A DNA stretch of 52,779 bases, taken from the NCBI GenBank assembly GCA_050015395.1, contig JBEKBM010000022.1, positions 1 to 52,779 on the forward strand, written 5' to 3'. This stretch comes from Candidatus Bathyarchaeia archaeon (GTDB lineage: Archaea; Thermoproteota; Bathyarchaeia; Bathyarchaeales; Bathycorpusculaceae). The notes beneath the pieces were generated by a model that saw only the letters and a program-made list of their open reading frames with translations, searched no databases and had not been told where the DNA came from. The position numbers were made by a program, and so were the translations under genes. The stretch's first letter is position 1, and each line of letters starts with the position of its first letter. This document shows positions 17,890-26,441 of the stretch, one piece after another.

Positions 17890-18311
17890 GTTCTGAAATC
17901 GCTAGACTGCTGGCTGAAAGAAAACTAATGAAAGCGCAAATAGGCAAAGAAATGATTCTTAAAGAGATTGAAGCTGCTCAAACGGATTTGCGGGATGCAC
18001 AGGATTCTCGTCAAAATAATAAGTTCAAATGGGCAACAATACAGGGTTACTATTCGATGTTTCACAGTGCAAGAGCATTGCTTTTTAGTAAAGGATTCAG
18101 GGAGAAGAGTCATTATGCACTAATGCTTGCAATTAGAATTCTTTTTTCAAATGAACTTGAAAGTTCTTTGGTACGCCAATTCGAAGAGGGCATGGCATTG
18201 AGACAAGAGGCTGATTATGGCCTTAAGTTTTCTGAGAGAGGCGCGTTAGAAACAATCAGCGGAGCAGAAAAACTGCTTTCAAAAGCAAAGGAAATTCTTA
18301 AAATAAAATAA
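17874..18311 (+). CDS. HEPN-domain toxin
   Basis: KWATIQGYYSMFHSARALL...KSHYAL...RQEADY; overlaps the MNT gene. Confidence 0.88.
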   Translation: MGTRVSSEIARLLAERKLMKAQIGKEMILKEIEAAQTDLRDAQDSRQNNKFKWATIQGYYSMFHSARALLFSKGFREKSHYALMLAIRILFSNELESSLVRQFEEGMALRQEADYGLKFSERGALETISGAEKLLSKAKEILKIK

Positions 18312-18384
18312 CTTTGCTTGAACAGTTAACGGTGTGGCTGTTTGTCTCAAAATGCCCAAAAGGCGCACAAAATTGCGTTCCACT

Positions 18385-18481
18385 AAGGACTCAAGATCAA
18401 TCATTTGGCCTGTAATGGGCCTCTATATGGGAAATTCTTTCCCGCAGGAGTTCGCAGGTTCGAATCCTGCCCGCAGCACCA
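18385..18481 (+). pseudogene. tRNA-Leu(CAA) remnant with putative intron, copy 3
   Basis: aagga-ctcaag (anticodon CAA), ~37-nt insert, a-ttctt, variable arm cccgcagga, perfect T-arm gcagg-ttcgaat-cctgc, ccgcagc-acca. No convincing D-arm or 5' acceptor strand. Confidence 0.7.
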
Positions 18482-18638
18482 AATACCTTATTTTGGACCT
18501 ATTTTACAATTTTAAGCTCAAATTGAGCATTATACGTGCGCGTGCGAAGGCATAGTGAGGCGTGATAGAAGGAACGCTTAGGTTTGTAAACTCGCTCTAT
18601 AGACTCCGGTTTAAATCCCACCCTTCTCCATTATGTTG

Positions 18639-19592
18639 TTATTTCTTGGTTAGCTCAAAAGCGAACCTTGTTGTTAAGCGAGCTTCTACTACTCTTGAAT
18701 CGTTGTAGAAATCACAAGTCCAATCTTTGACGTCAAAGTGCAGTTTTGTATTCGTGCGTGCTATAGTCACTAGAGTTTTGTCTATCCCCCTTGCATATCC
18801 TAGTTCAAAATAGACATTTGGTTTTTCGTGAGTAAGATCCGCAACGATTATTTTAGCCGCGCAAATCAGTTCAATTATTTTATCCGTAATTTTATAATCT
18901 CCTTGAACATCTTTGACACGTTCTGCTGTTAGCCCATTTTTCTCCGCAGCTGCTTTTATGCCTTCGAATATTGGGTCCATATCCGGTAAAAAAGACATTA
19001 TCACAAACACCAAATTTGATGGGTAATTAGCTGCATTGGATGTTGGTTTACGAATGCCTTTTGGATCAGACTTCAAAATCTCAGCTACTTCAATTGCTAC
19101 CGCCTTTGCAAGACCATTGACATCAACAAGTTGGTCAGGAGACTTAGCTATCTTGCTTGGATGTTTTTTCAAAGCGATTATTTCTGATAATCCCTTTTCA
19201 TAATCTTTTGAGAGATCAACCCATGCAATATCGTCTATCCATCCAGCATATTTGAAAAAAGGTGAAATTCGGTCTTTGTCCACTTTCTCTATTATAACAG
19301 GTATTATTCGAGTCTTTGCCAAGCTCGGGTTTTTCGAAACTGCCAGACTAATTTCCTTGTTCACCCCGTAGGACTGAAGGCTATTAGGTGAAATGAGTAC
19401 GAGTAAATATTGTGTATTCTCTAAACCGCTAGTAACTTTATCAATAATAGAATCACCGACATGAATATCCCATTCACTGAAAAAAACCCTGAATCCTCTT
19501 TCTGTAAGATCCCGTGCAATTTTACTTGCTATTTGCTTGTCTTTTGAAGAGTAACTAAGAAAAAAATCAAAGACAAATTTTTTAGAGGACAT
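18639..19592 (-). CDS. TIR-domain protein fused to a nucleoside 2-deoxyribosyltransferase-like domain
   Basis: N-terminal FDFFLSYSSKDK...VLISPNSLQSYGVNKEI (TIR_2). C-terminal VFVIMSF...IIVADLTHEKPNVYFELGYARG. Confidence 0.85.
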   Translation of the reverse strand: MSSKKFVFDFFLSYSSKDKQIASKIARDLTERGFRVFFSEWDIHVGDSIIDKVTSGLENTQYLLVLISPNSLQSYGVNKEISLAVSKNPSLAKTRIIPVIIEKVDKDRISPFFKYAGWIDDIAWVDLSKDYEKGLSEIIALKKHPSKIAKSPDQLVDVNGLAKAVAIEVAEILKSDPKGIRKPTSNAANYPSNLVFVIMSFLPDMDPIFEGIKAAAEKNGLTAERVKDVQGDYKITDKIIELICAAKIIVADLTHEKPNVYFELGYARGIDKTLVTIARTNTKLHFDVKDWTCDFYNDSRVVEARLTTRFAFELTKK

Positions 19593-19899
19593 TTTATCGC
19601 CATCCTTAGTAAATTACAGTGTATCCATTTATATTGCTTGCCAGAGAAAGACGTAAACGTCAATCAGGTTAAGATGGGATATAATGGGCTATTTATTGGA
19701 ATTGCCAATTCAATCGCTTTAGCAATATTCACAAATCACACACTTTTCCAATTAGCAAAACAAACGAGCCTTTTCGCGTAATTCTAATAATTTTTTTGAT
19801 ATTGTTCAAACATCAACAGTAAAGCGCTCAGAACTAGTTAACTCTCAATCAATTGTTAAAAAAGGGAATGAGGCATAGATTGTAAACATTAAAAGTTAT

Positions 19900-19953
19900 A
19901 TGGAAAATCCACTCTTTCAGGGTTCGCAAGTTCGAATCCTGCCCGCAACACCA
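19900..19953 (+). repeat. tRNA-Leu-like 3' half, copy 4 (degenerate)
   Basis: atggaaaatcc...gggttcgcaagttcgaatcctgcccgcaacacca. Confidence 0.8.
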
Positions 19954-19979
19954 AAAATTTGCAGGTGCTTATTTTGATA

Positions 19980-20846
19980 TTAGAAAAAATAAGGTTGATG
20001 ATTGCCAATTCTTGCCAGCATTTCTTTTAGCTCATTACCGGGAATCAATCTAACACCAACATTTTCAGCTGCTTTTCTAGCGGCTTGGCTAAAGTTCGCA
20101 TTGGTAACCAGCCAACCCTCAACTTTTTTAGTTGGCGTTGCTCGTTTGACAGCTTCAACATACCCACATAGCTGATAAACAGAACTATTCAGAATGCTAT
20201 TGCCGGCTGTTCTTGCCTTTACTTCTACTACAATAACTTCATTTTTTCTGGAGAGCAGTAAATCAGCCATCAATGAGGTACCAGCTATAATCGGGTTTAG
20301 GATGACATGATATCCTTGTCTATTCATTAGCATTGCAAGTTTCTTTGTTAGATCTGTCTCAGTAACATAGGGCTTGCTCTTTCCGAATTCTTTTGCAAGG
20401 AAGTTCATTGTGTCGTCGCTGGTTGTCTTTACGTCAATTTTATCAAATGAAAAGCTTGGATGCATTTCATTAAAAAGTAGTTTTGAGAAATATATGGCAG
20501 ACTCGACATCTTCTTTTCTTGGAACAAAAGTCCCTGCATGGTAAAGTGAGTTTCGTATATCATGAAAAGCGACGAATTGATTCTTATTATTTTCAATTGA
20601 CTCCAAATCGTTTACGCAAGCATCCAGTAGTTGTGGAAAAAACATTTTCTCTATTTGCCCCCAAGACATGTTCTTTTTGAATCGCATATGTTCTTTCAAC
20701 ATTATCTCGACGGCATTGTCAACATGGACTAAAGCAATAAGAAGATCTTTTTCCGTGCCTTTTTCTAAATGTTCTGAAGAATGCTCGATAAGCTCTTTCG
20801 CATGTCGAGCTATTGGCAAGAGTGGTTGACGAGAGTAAGGTCCCAT
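19980..20846 (-). CDS. HEPN-like domain + Mrr-like PD-(D/E)xK restriction endonuclease fusion
   Basis: N-terminal DNAVEIMLK...RNSLYH (Rx4H). C-terminal ADLLL...VVEVK...VYQLCGY...GWLVTNANFSQAA. Confidence 0.8.
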   Translation of the reverse strand: MGPYSRQPLLPIARHAKELIEHSSEHLEKGTEKDLLIALVHVDNAVEIMLKEHMRFKKNMSWGQIEKMFFPQLLDACVNDLESIENNKNQFVAFHDIRNSLYHAGTFVPRKEDVESAIYFSKLLFNEMHPSFSFDKIDVKTTSDDTMNFLAKEFGKSKPYVTETDLTKKLAMLMNRQGYHVILNPIIAGTSLMADLLLSRKNEVIVVEVKARTAGNSILNSSVYQLCGYVEAVKRATPTKKVEGWLVTNANFSQAARKAAENVGVRLIPGNELKEMLARIGNHQPYFF

Positions 20847-20983
20847 GGTTGCTTATTTAGCCCTCTTGCTTTAAAAGATTTATGAGCTTATGTTATTGCT
20901 AGCCACTTTCTACGAAATATCTTCCGTCTGCCTGTTAAACCATTGTTATGGTTAATAAGTTCAAAAATATCGTATTTAGACAC

Positions 20984-21760
20984 CTATTTTTTATAACTGT
21001 CAGCAAGAGCCTGTTGCATTTCATCGATTTCATTTTCTATTTTTTTAATTGCTTCCTTTTCGTTACGGCTTGTCAGAAGGTGCCACGCGATGGATATTGT
21101 TGGCTCAGGCAGACCTCCCTGATACCTTTTAAGTAAATCTTTGGGAACCCATTGTTGTGCACTTTCTGCTGCTTCTATCATAAACGATTCTGCAGCAAAA
21201 CTAGCAATGGGTACAGTTCCTTTCTTAACATGTTTGTACTTTTGGTATACTTCCATGACTTTAATGAGCTGCTCTTTCAGCCTAACTTGTAACATAGTCT
21301 CCATGTACTTAGATGCGCTCTCATTATCCATTTGAGAAGTAGATGCAAGAACTTCTGCGAGATTATAGGTAAAGAGTTTGAGAGCAGTATCCATATAACC
21401 CCAAGCTTGCTCTTCTTCTTCAGAGAACTGGATTCCAGGTGTTGCCTTCAGAAGATCATACATTTCTTTTTCAGTGAGATTGCCGTAAAAGGGTTTCTGA
21501 GATACAAGGCGATAGTAAGTTTTGGATAGCTTGGAATGGGTACTAGACTCTTCATTTTTAACGACGACGCCTTCGTCGGTAAATTGCTTAAGGTACTTTG
21601 CCAACGTCGCTGTGCTTATCCCAGTTGGTCTAGATGCTTTTTTGAGAGCACCCCAACTTTGCGGTTCCTCTGAAAGTATGTTATAAACGGATTTCTTAGA
21701 TTCTTCTTCTTTTTGAATTGATGTTCGCGTGTCTCCTATTCGCCCAGGCACTCTAATCAC
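20984..21760 (-). CDS. Winged-helix domain protein with helical C-terminus
   Basis: ILSEEPQSWGALKK...ISTATLAKYLKQFTDEGVVVK...YYRL. Confidence 0.7.
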   Translation of the reverse strand: MIRVPGRIGDTRTSIQKEEESKKSVYNILSEEPQSWGALKKASRPTGISTATLAKYLKQFTDEGVVVKNEESSTHSKLSKTYYRLVSQKPFYGNLTEKEMYDLLKATPGIQFSEEEEQAWGYMDTALKLFTYNLAEVLASTSQMDNESASKYMETMLQVRLKEQLIKVMEVYQKYKHVKKGTVPIASFAAESFMIEAAESAQQWVPKDLLKRYQGGLPEPTISIAWHLLTSRNEKEAIKKIENEIDEMQQALADSYKK

Positions 21761-21791
21761 TAAACTAGTTTAAAGCACTAAACTAATTTAA
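21758..21791. promoter_or_regulatory. Tandem palindromic operator-like sites at the wHTH gene start
   Basis: cactaaactagtttaa and cactaaactaatttaa, 18-bp period; core taaactagttta is a perfect palindrome. Confidence 0.55.
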
Positions 21792-21929
21792 GTCTTTAGC
21801 ATTAACTAACAATATGGTTAACCAAAAGAAAGAATCAGAGCGCTGTCGAACCAATCGCACGAGGCAAAACATTGCAACGTCGAAATATGACAGCCTTCTG
21901 TTTCTTTTGAATGGAAGCCAATTTAGGCA

Positions 21930-22481
21930 TTGGAGAAATCGTCTATGGATACTAGAATAGAAGCACTGATAAAAGAAGCGGACAGAAAAAGTTTCGCAGG
22001 TCGGCTAAATAGATTGAGGTTCCTCTTGGACAATTTAGGAGAAAATTACCCTCCTTTTCCTAGAATTGTCTTTGAGTATTTTGAAGAGACGAAACTTTGC
22101 TTTTACGAGGGAGCGTTTGTAGCGACCATTATTATGGCCTCAGCAACGTTTGAAGAGCTCTTTCGACAAATCTACAGAGATGCAAATGAGATGGAAAAGG
22201 CAGAAACCAAAGGCATGGCAAATCTCGTAGAATATGCAGTCGAAGATGGTTTAATCTCATTGGAAGAAGCAGAAAAACTCACCGAACTAAGAAAATTACG
22301 AAACAAGTTTACCCATATCAACATTGGTTTTGGCGAGGGTAGTTTCAAGAACAAACAAACGTTCTTAGACCACATGCTTTTGTGGGGTGACCCTAGAAAA
22401 GAGTCTCTACTAGTTGAGGACCTTAGTAGAAGTGCCATAATAATATTGAAACTTTTGCCAGAACTATGCAGTCGTTTCTGA
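21930..22481 (+). CDS. Stand-alone HEPN-like (DUF4145-type) protein
   Basis: ETKLCFYEGAFVATIIMASATFE...LRKLRNKFTH (Rx4H). Confidence 0.7.
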   Translation: MEKSSMDTRIEALIKEADRKSFAGRLNRLRFLLDNLGENYPPFPRIVFEYFEETKLCFYEGAFVATIIMASATFEELFRQIYRDANEMEKAETKGMANLVEYAVEDGLISLEEAEKLTELRKLRNKFTHINIGFGEGSFKNKQTFLDHMLLWGDPRKESLLVEDLSRSAIIILKLLPELCSRF

Positions 22482-22565
22482 GGCCTTGACAAACATGACC
22501 TAAAAATTACGTTTGACCTGCCAATGCAGGCTTGAGGGTCGATACTTTGACTTGATCGCCCCCGA

Positions 22566-22616
22566 ATGAGAAACCCTTTCCCGGGTTCGCAGGTTCGAAT
22601 CCTGCCCGCAGCACCA
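22566..22616 (+). repeat. tRNA-Leu-like 3' half, copy 5
   Basis: atgagaaaccctttcccgggttcgcaggttcgaatcctgcccgcagcacca; perfect T-arm and CCA, shortened variable arm. Confidence 0.82.
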
Positions 22617-22660
22617 ATCCATTCTTGCCTTTTGCCTGATAGATGGCTAGAATGTTCCTC

Positions 22661-23488
22661 TTAGCGCTCCCAGTACCGTGCTAACGCTGTTAAGGCTTCT
22701 TCAAACAAGTAGTCCTGCGGCATCACGTCAACTTTTATGCCCATTTCTCTTAAGGCTTCAGCAGTTGTAGGTCCAATAGCAACAGTTGTAACTTTACTAT
22801 TTATTAGGGCCCGTAGCGTTTCCATGGAGGCTTTTTCGCTAAGCATTTTGAAAATATTCTTGGCGCTTAATCCGCTGCCGAAAACGATTGCGTCAATTTT
22901 TCCAGAGGTTAAATCTTGAAAAAAATTGTCTTTCAATTTCTTGTCCACGGGCAAGCCTGACTCGTAAACGTAGACTTCTTCGACTTGGCCGCCCAATTCC
23001 TTGAGCTTCTCAGTTAAAGTCGGTGTTGCTCCAGTAGTTCTTGGAATGCGTATAGTTTTGCCTGAAATTTCTTTGTCTTGCAAGCACTCGATTAATCCTT
23101 CAGAACTGTACTTCAACGGGACTAAGCTCACATGCACCTGGTATTCTTCTTCCAGCGCCTGAGAAGTTCTCGGGCCAACAGCAATAACAAACGTCTTAGC
23201 CAATCCTTCCTTCAATTGGCTGGATTGCTTCAGGGTTTCAGCAGCGCTGAAAAGGTATTTCACGCCGTTAGTGCTCATAAAAATAACATAGTCAACTTGC
23301 CCCTTTAGCAGTTCACCGACAAATTTTTTCACTGGCGAAAAATTGGTTAAACCTTTGATTTCTATGGCAGGTATAAAGTAGGGTGTTCCGCCTTTTTCCT
23401 CGATTAGTTTGCCCGCTTCTTCCGCCTGACCGGTGGGGCGTGTTATGGCAACTGTTTTTCCTTTCAGGCTAAAGGCTTTTTGAACCAT
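22661..23488 (-). CDS. hemD: Uroporphyrinogen-III synthase
   Basis: VAITRP, FMSTNGV, AVGPRT, VYES, AIGPTTA. Confidence 0.95.
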   Translation of the reverse strand: MVQKAFSLKGKTVAITRPTGQAEEAGKLIEEKGGTPYFIPAIEIKGLTNFSPVKKFVGELLKGQVDYVIFMSTNGVKYLFSAAETLKQSSQLKEGLAKTFVIAVGPRTSQALEEEYQVHVSLVPLKYSSEGLIECLQDKEISGKTIRIPRTTGATPTLTEKLKELGGQVEEVYVYESGLPVDKKLKDNFFQDLTSGKIDAIVFGSGLSAKNIFKMLSEKASMETLRALINSKVTTVAIGPTTAEALREMGIKVDVMPQDYLFEEALTALARYWER

Positions 23489-24219
23489 GCGAGTTTCCTG
23501 CCCAAGTTTGCAACTTCACCTATAACTATAACTGCCGGCGGCTTGACCTGTTTTTCTTCTGCTTCTTTTGCGATTGTGCCTATTTTGCCAATGATTGTTC
23601 TCTGATTCTTTAGGGTACCTGATTCAATGATGGCTGCAGGCGTTTCTGGGTTTAAGCCGCCCTCAATTAGTTTTTCCGTTATGGCCTGAAGCGATTCCAC
23701 ACCCATCAAAATAACCATCGTATCCACGGCGTCGGCTATTTTTGCCCAGTTGATTACTTGTTCCGCGTCGCCTGCCTTGTGCCCCGTGATAATTGCCACT
23801 GAAGAAGCGTAATCTCTATGCGTCAACGGTATGCCAGCGTATTCAGGAGCCACAATTGCTGAACTGACTCCGGGTACAACTTCAAATTCGATGCCGTTTT
23901 CCACAAGGGCTTCAGCTTCTTCGCCGCCTCTGCCGAAAATAAACGGGTCGCCGCCCTTGAGCCTCACCACTTTGCCGCCGAGTTGGGCTTTCTCAATTAT
24001 CAACTCAGTAATCTTGTCCTGTGGAACCTCATGTTTGCCGGTTCTTTTTCCAACATAAATCTTCTCTGCTTTTTCTGGGGCTAAGCTGAGGATTGATTCG
24101 CCAACTAGCCTATCATATATTACAACGTCAGCTTCTTTTAGCAATTCGACCGCTCTAACTGTAAGCAGTTTGGGGTCGCCCGGACCAGCGCCTACAAGGT
24201 AAACTTTACCATGCACCAT
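23464..24219 (-). CDS. cobA: Uroporphyrinogen-III C-methyltransferase (SUMT)
   Basis: VGAGPGDPKLLT, RLKGGDPFIFGRGGEE. Confidence 0.96.
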   Translation of the reverse strand: MVHGKVYLVGAGPGDPKLLTVRAVELLKEADVVIYDRLVGESILSLAPEKAEKIYVGKRTGKHEVPQDKITELIIEKAQLGGKVVRLKGGDPFIFGRGGEEAEALVENGIEFEVVPGVSSAIVAPEYAGIPLTHRDYASSVAIITGHKAGDAEQVINWAKIADAVDTMVILMGVESLQAITEKLIEGGLNPETPAAIIESGTLKNQRTIIGKIGTIAKEAEEKQVKPPAVIVIGEVANLGRKLAWFKKPLA

Positions 24220-25141
24220 ACTTTTCTCTCCATTCTTTCTCGAAGTCTTTAGCTCCTTGTTTTATGAGGTCTTCACCGACTTTTCTGCCTAGCATTTCAG
24301 CTTCAGCTAACGTGCCTTGTGCGGATGCGCTGATTTTCTTTCGGTCGTTAAGTGAGAAAATGCAGCCGAAAAGCGACAGGTCGTTGCCATTTGCTCGTCC
24401 TACCGCGCCTATTGGCACTCGGCAGCCGCCTTCCAATTGAAGCACAAGGCTTCGCTCAGCCGTAATCTCAGCCCTTGTCGCTTTATCTTCAACAGACCGC
24501 AAAAGCGCTATTACATTTTCGTTGCCCTCTTTGGCGACTACCGCTAAAGCCCCCTGTCCCGCTGCTGACGGGAACCGGTCAAGTGGTAAGCGCTCGGTTA
24601 CTTCGTTTATTAAATTCATTCTTTCAAGTCCTGCTTCAGCAATGACAACGCCTGCAAACTCGCCTTTCCTAACCTTATTGATTCTGGTGTCCACGTTGCC
24701 TCTGATTGGCTGCACGTCTAAGTCTGGATGATTGTACTTGATTTCAGCCATTCTTCTCAGGCTGCCTGTTCCAACAACTGAGCCTTTGGCTAACTCGTTT
24801 AGCGGCACTTTGCCCTTTGAGATGAACACGTCGTTTTGCGAGTCCCTTTTGGGGATTGCGGCTAAGACCGTGCCAGTTTGTCGTTCAACAATGGGCACAT
24901 CTTTTAGGCTGTGAACGGCAAAGTCGATTTCACCTTTGATTACTTGCTGGTCGATTTCTTTTTCAAAAATGCCTTTGCAGTCAATGGCGAATAGAGGCTT
25001 GCCTTGTTCTTTGTCGCCTAAGGTCTTGATGATTTTTAGGTTAAACTCCACATGTGGATGTGCCTGTTTGACCTGTTTGAGAACTCCTTCTGTTTGGGCA
25101 AGCGCGAGTATGCTTCCTCTAGTGCCAACATTTATAATCAT
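24206..25141 (-). CDS. hemC: Hydroxymethylbilane synthase
   Basis: GTRGSILALAQ, AVHSLKDVP, IRGNVDTR, GGCRVP. Confidence 0.97.
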   Translation of the reverse strand: MIINVGTRGSILALAQTEGVLKQVKQAHPHVEFNLKIIKTLGDKEQGKPLFAIDCKGIFEKEIDQQVIKGEIDFAVHSLKDVPIVERQTGTVLAAIPKRDSQNDVFISKGKVPLNELAKGSVVGTGSLRRMAEIKYNHPDLDVQPIRGNVDTRINKVRKGEFAGVVIAEAGLERMNLINEVTERLPLDRFPSAAGQGALAVVAKEGNENVIALLRSVEDKATRAEITAERSLVLQLEGGCRVPIGAVGRANGNDLSLFGCIFSLNDRKKISASAQGTLAEAEMLGRKVGEDLIKQGAKDFEKEWREKYGAW

Positions 25142-25142
25142 T

Positions 25143-26441
25143 TTAACCTGTTTTCTCCTTTGCTGCCTTGCTGAGTGCCTTGTCGAAAGCGCTTATTGTA
25201 TGCTTCAAATCATCTTCCAAATGAGCGGTTGATAAGAAGCAGGTTTCAAACTGTGATGGCGGGATAAACACGCCTTGCCGTAATAGCTCATGGAAGTACA
25301 CAGTAAACATTTGTGTGTCAGATTGTTTGGCGCAGGCGTAGTCGGTGACTGGCGCCTTTGTGAAGAAGATTTGGTACATTGAAGCGATATTGTAGACTTG
25401 CGCTTGCACCTTATGAGCTTGAGCTAAGTCAGTTAGGGCTTTCTTTAGTTCAACGCAGTTTTTCTCAAGTTTCGGATAAATTTCTTTTTTCTTTTTATTC
25501 AGAATATTTAGGATGGTGAAGCCTGCTGTTGCTGAAACTGGGTTGCCGCTGAAGGTTCCAGCCTGATATACTTTGCCGACTGGTGATATGTTTTGCATGA
25601 TTTCTTTTTTTCCGCCGAAGGCTGCCAGTGGGAAGCCTCCGCCAAGTACCTTGCCAAGCGTTGCCATGTCCGGTTTCACGTTGAAGTATTCTTGTGCGCC
25701 GCCTAAAGCTAAGCGAAACCCCGTTATAATCTCGTCAAAAATTAAAACTGTGCCATACTCACTTGTTATTTTTCTTAAGTAACTCAAATAATTGTTCTTG
25801 GGCAAAATAAGCCCAACATTCGCCAAAACAGGCTCAACAATCACAGCGGCAATATCGCTGCCCTCACGCTTCATTGTTGTTTCTAAAGCTTCAAAATCAT
25901 TATACGGCACAACAATCGTGTTTTGAGTTGTCTCCTCTGGAATCCCAAGCGAGTTCGGTGCACTAAAAGTTGTGGCACCTGACCCTGCCTTAACCAAAAC
26001 GCTGTCGTGAGACCCGTGGAAGCAGCCCTCGAACTTGATAATCTTTTTTCTTCCAGTATAGCCCCTTGCAGCTCTGATAGCATGCATGGTTGCTTCAGTG
26101 CCTGAGTTTACAAGTCGTAGCATTTCCATGCAAGGTGACGATTTCTGGATTAACTCGGCAAATTCAACTTCCCTCTCGGTTGGTACGCCATAAAGTGAGC
26201 CTTTGGCTAATTGATTCTTCACGGCTTCCACGATGTCTAGGTAAGCATGTCCCAGAAGCAAAGCACCATACGCCATGCAATAGTCGATGTACGTGGTATC
26301 GTCTACACTGTACATTTTTGCGCCTTGGGCGTGTTCCACAAAGAATGGGTAAGGCTCAAAGGCTCGGACTGGACTGTTTACGCCGCCGGGCAATACTTTT
26401 TTGGCTCTTTCAAAAAGCGTTTGTGATTTGGTTTCATTCAC
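25143..26441 (-). CDS. hemL: Glutamate-1-semialdehyde 2,1-aminomutase
   Basis: PGGVNSPVRAF, NSGTEA, FDEIITGFR, LGKVLGGG. GTG start overlaps the hemB stop. Confidence 0.97.
   Translation of the reverse strand: MNETKSQTLFERAKKVLPGGVNSPVRAFEPYPFFVEHAQGAKMYSVDDTTYIDYCMAYGALLLGHAYLDIVEAVKNQLAKGSLYGVPTEREVEFAELIQKSSPCMEMLRLVNSGTEATMHAIRAARGYTGRKKIIKFEGCFHGSHDSVLVKAGSGATTFSAPNSLGIPEETTQNTIVVPYNDFEALETTMKREGSDIAAVIVEPVLANVGLILPKNNYLSYLRKITSEYGTVLIFDEIITGFRLALGGAQEYFNVKPDMATLGKVLGGGFPLAAFGGKKEIMQNISPVGKVYQAGTFSGNPVSATAGFTILNILNKKKKEIYPKLEKNCVELKKALTDLAQAHKVQAQVYNIASMYQIFFTKAPVTDYACAKQSDTQMFTVYFHELLRQGVFIPPSQFETCFLSTAHLEDDLKHTISAFDKALSKAAKEKTG

Noticed and set aside
18331-18481. Intact multi-intron tRNA-Leu(CAA) starting at ggtgtgg (18331)
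   Set aside because: The acceptor would pair at only 6 of 7 positions and no D-arm consensus follows, so it was kept as a remnant.
16664-22616. CRISPR array suggested by the recurring ~35-nt sequence
   Set aside because: Spacing is 0.4-2.7 kb with whole genes between copies, the repeat is a tRNA T-arm/acceptor, and no cas genes are present.
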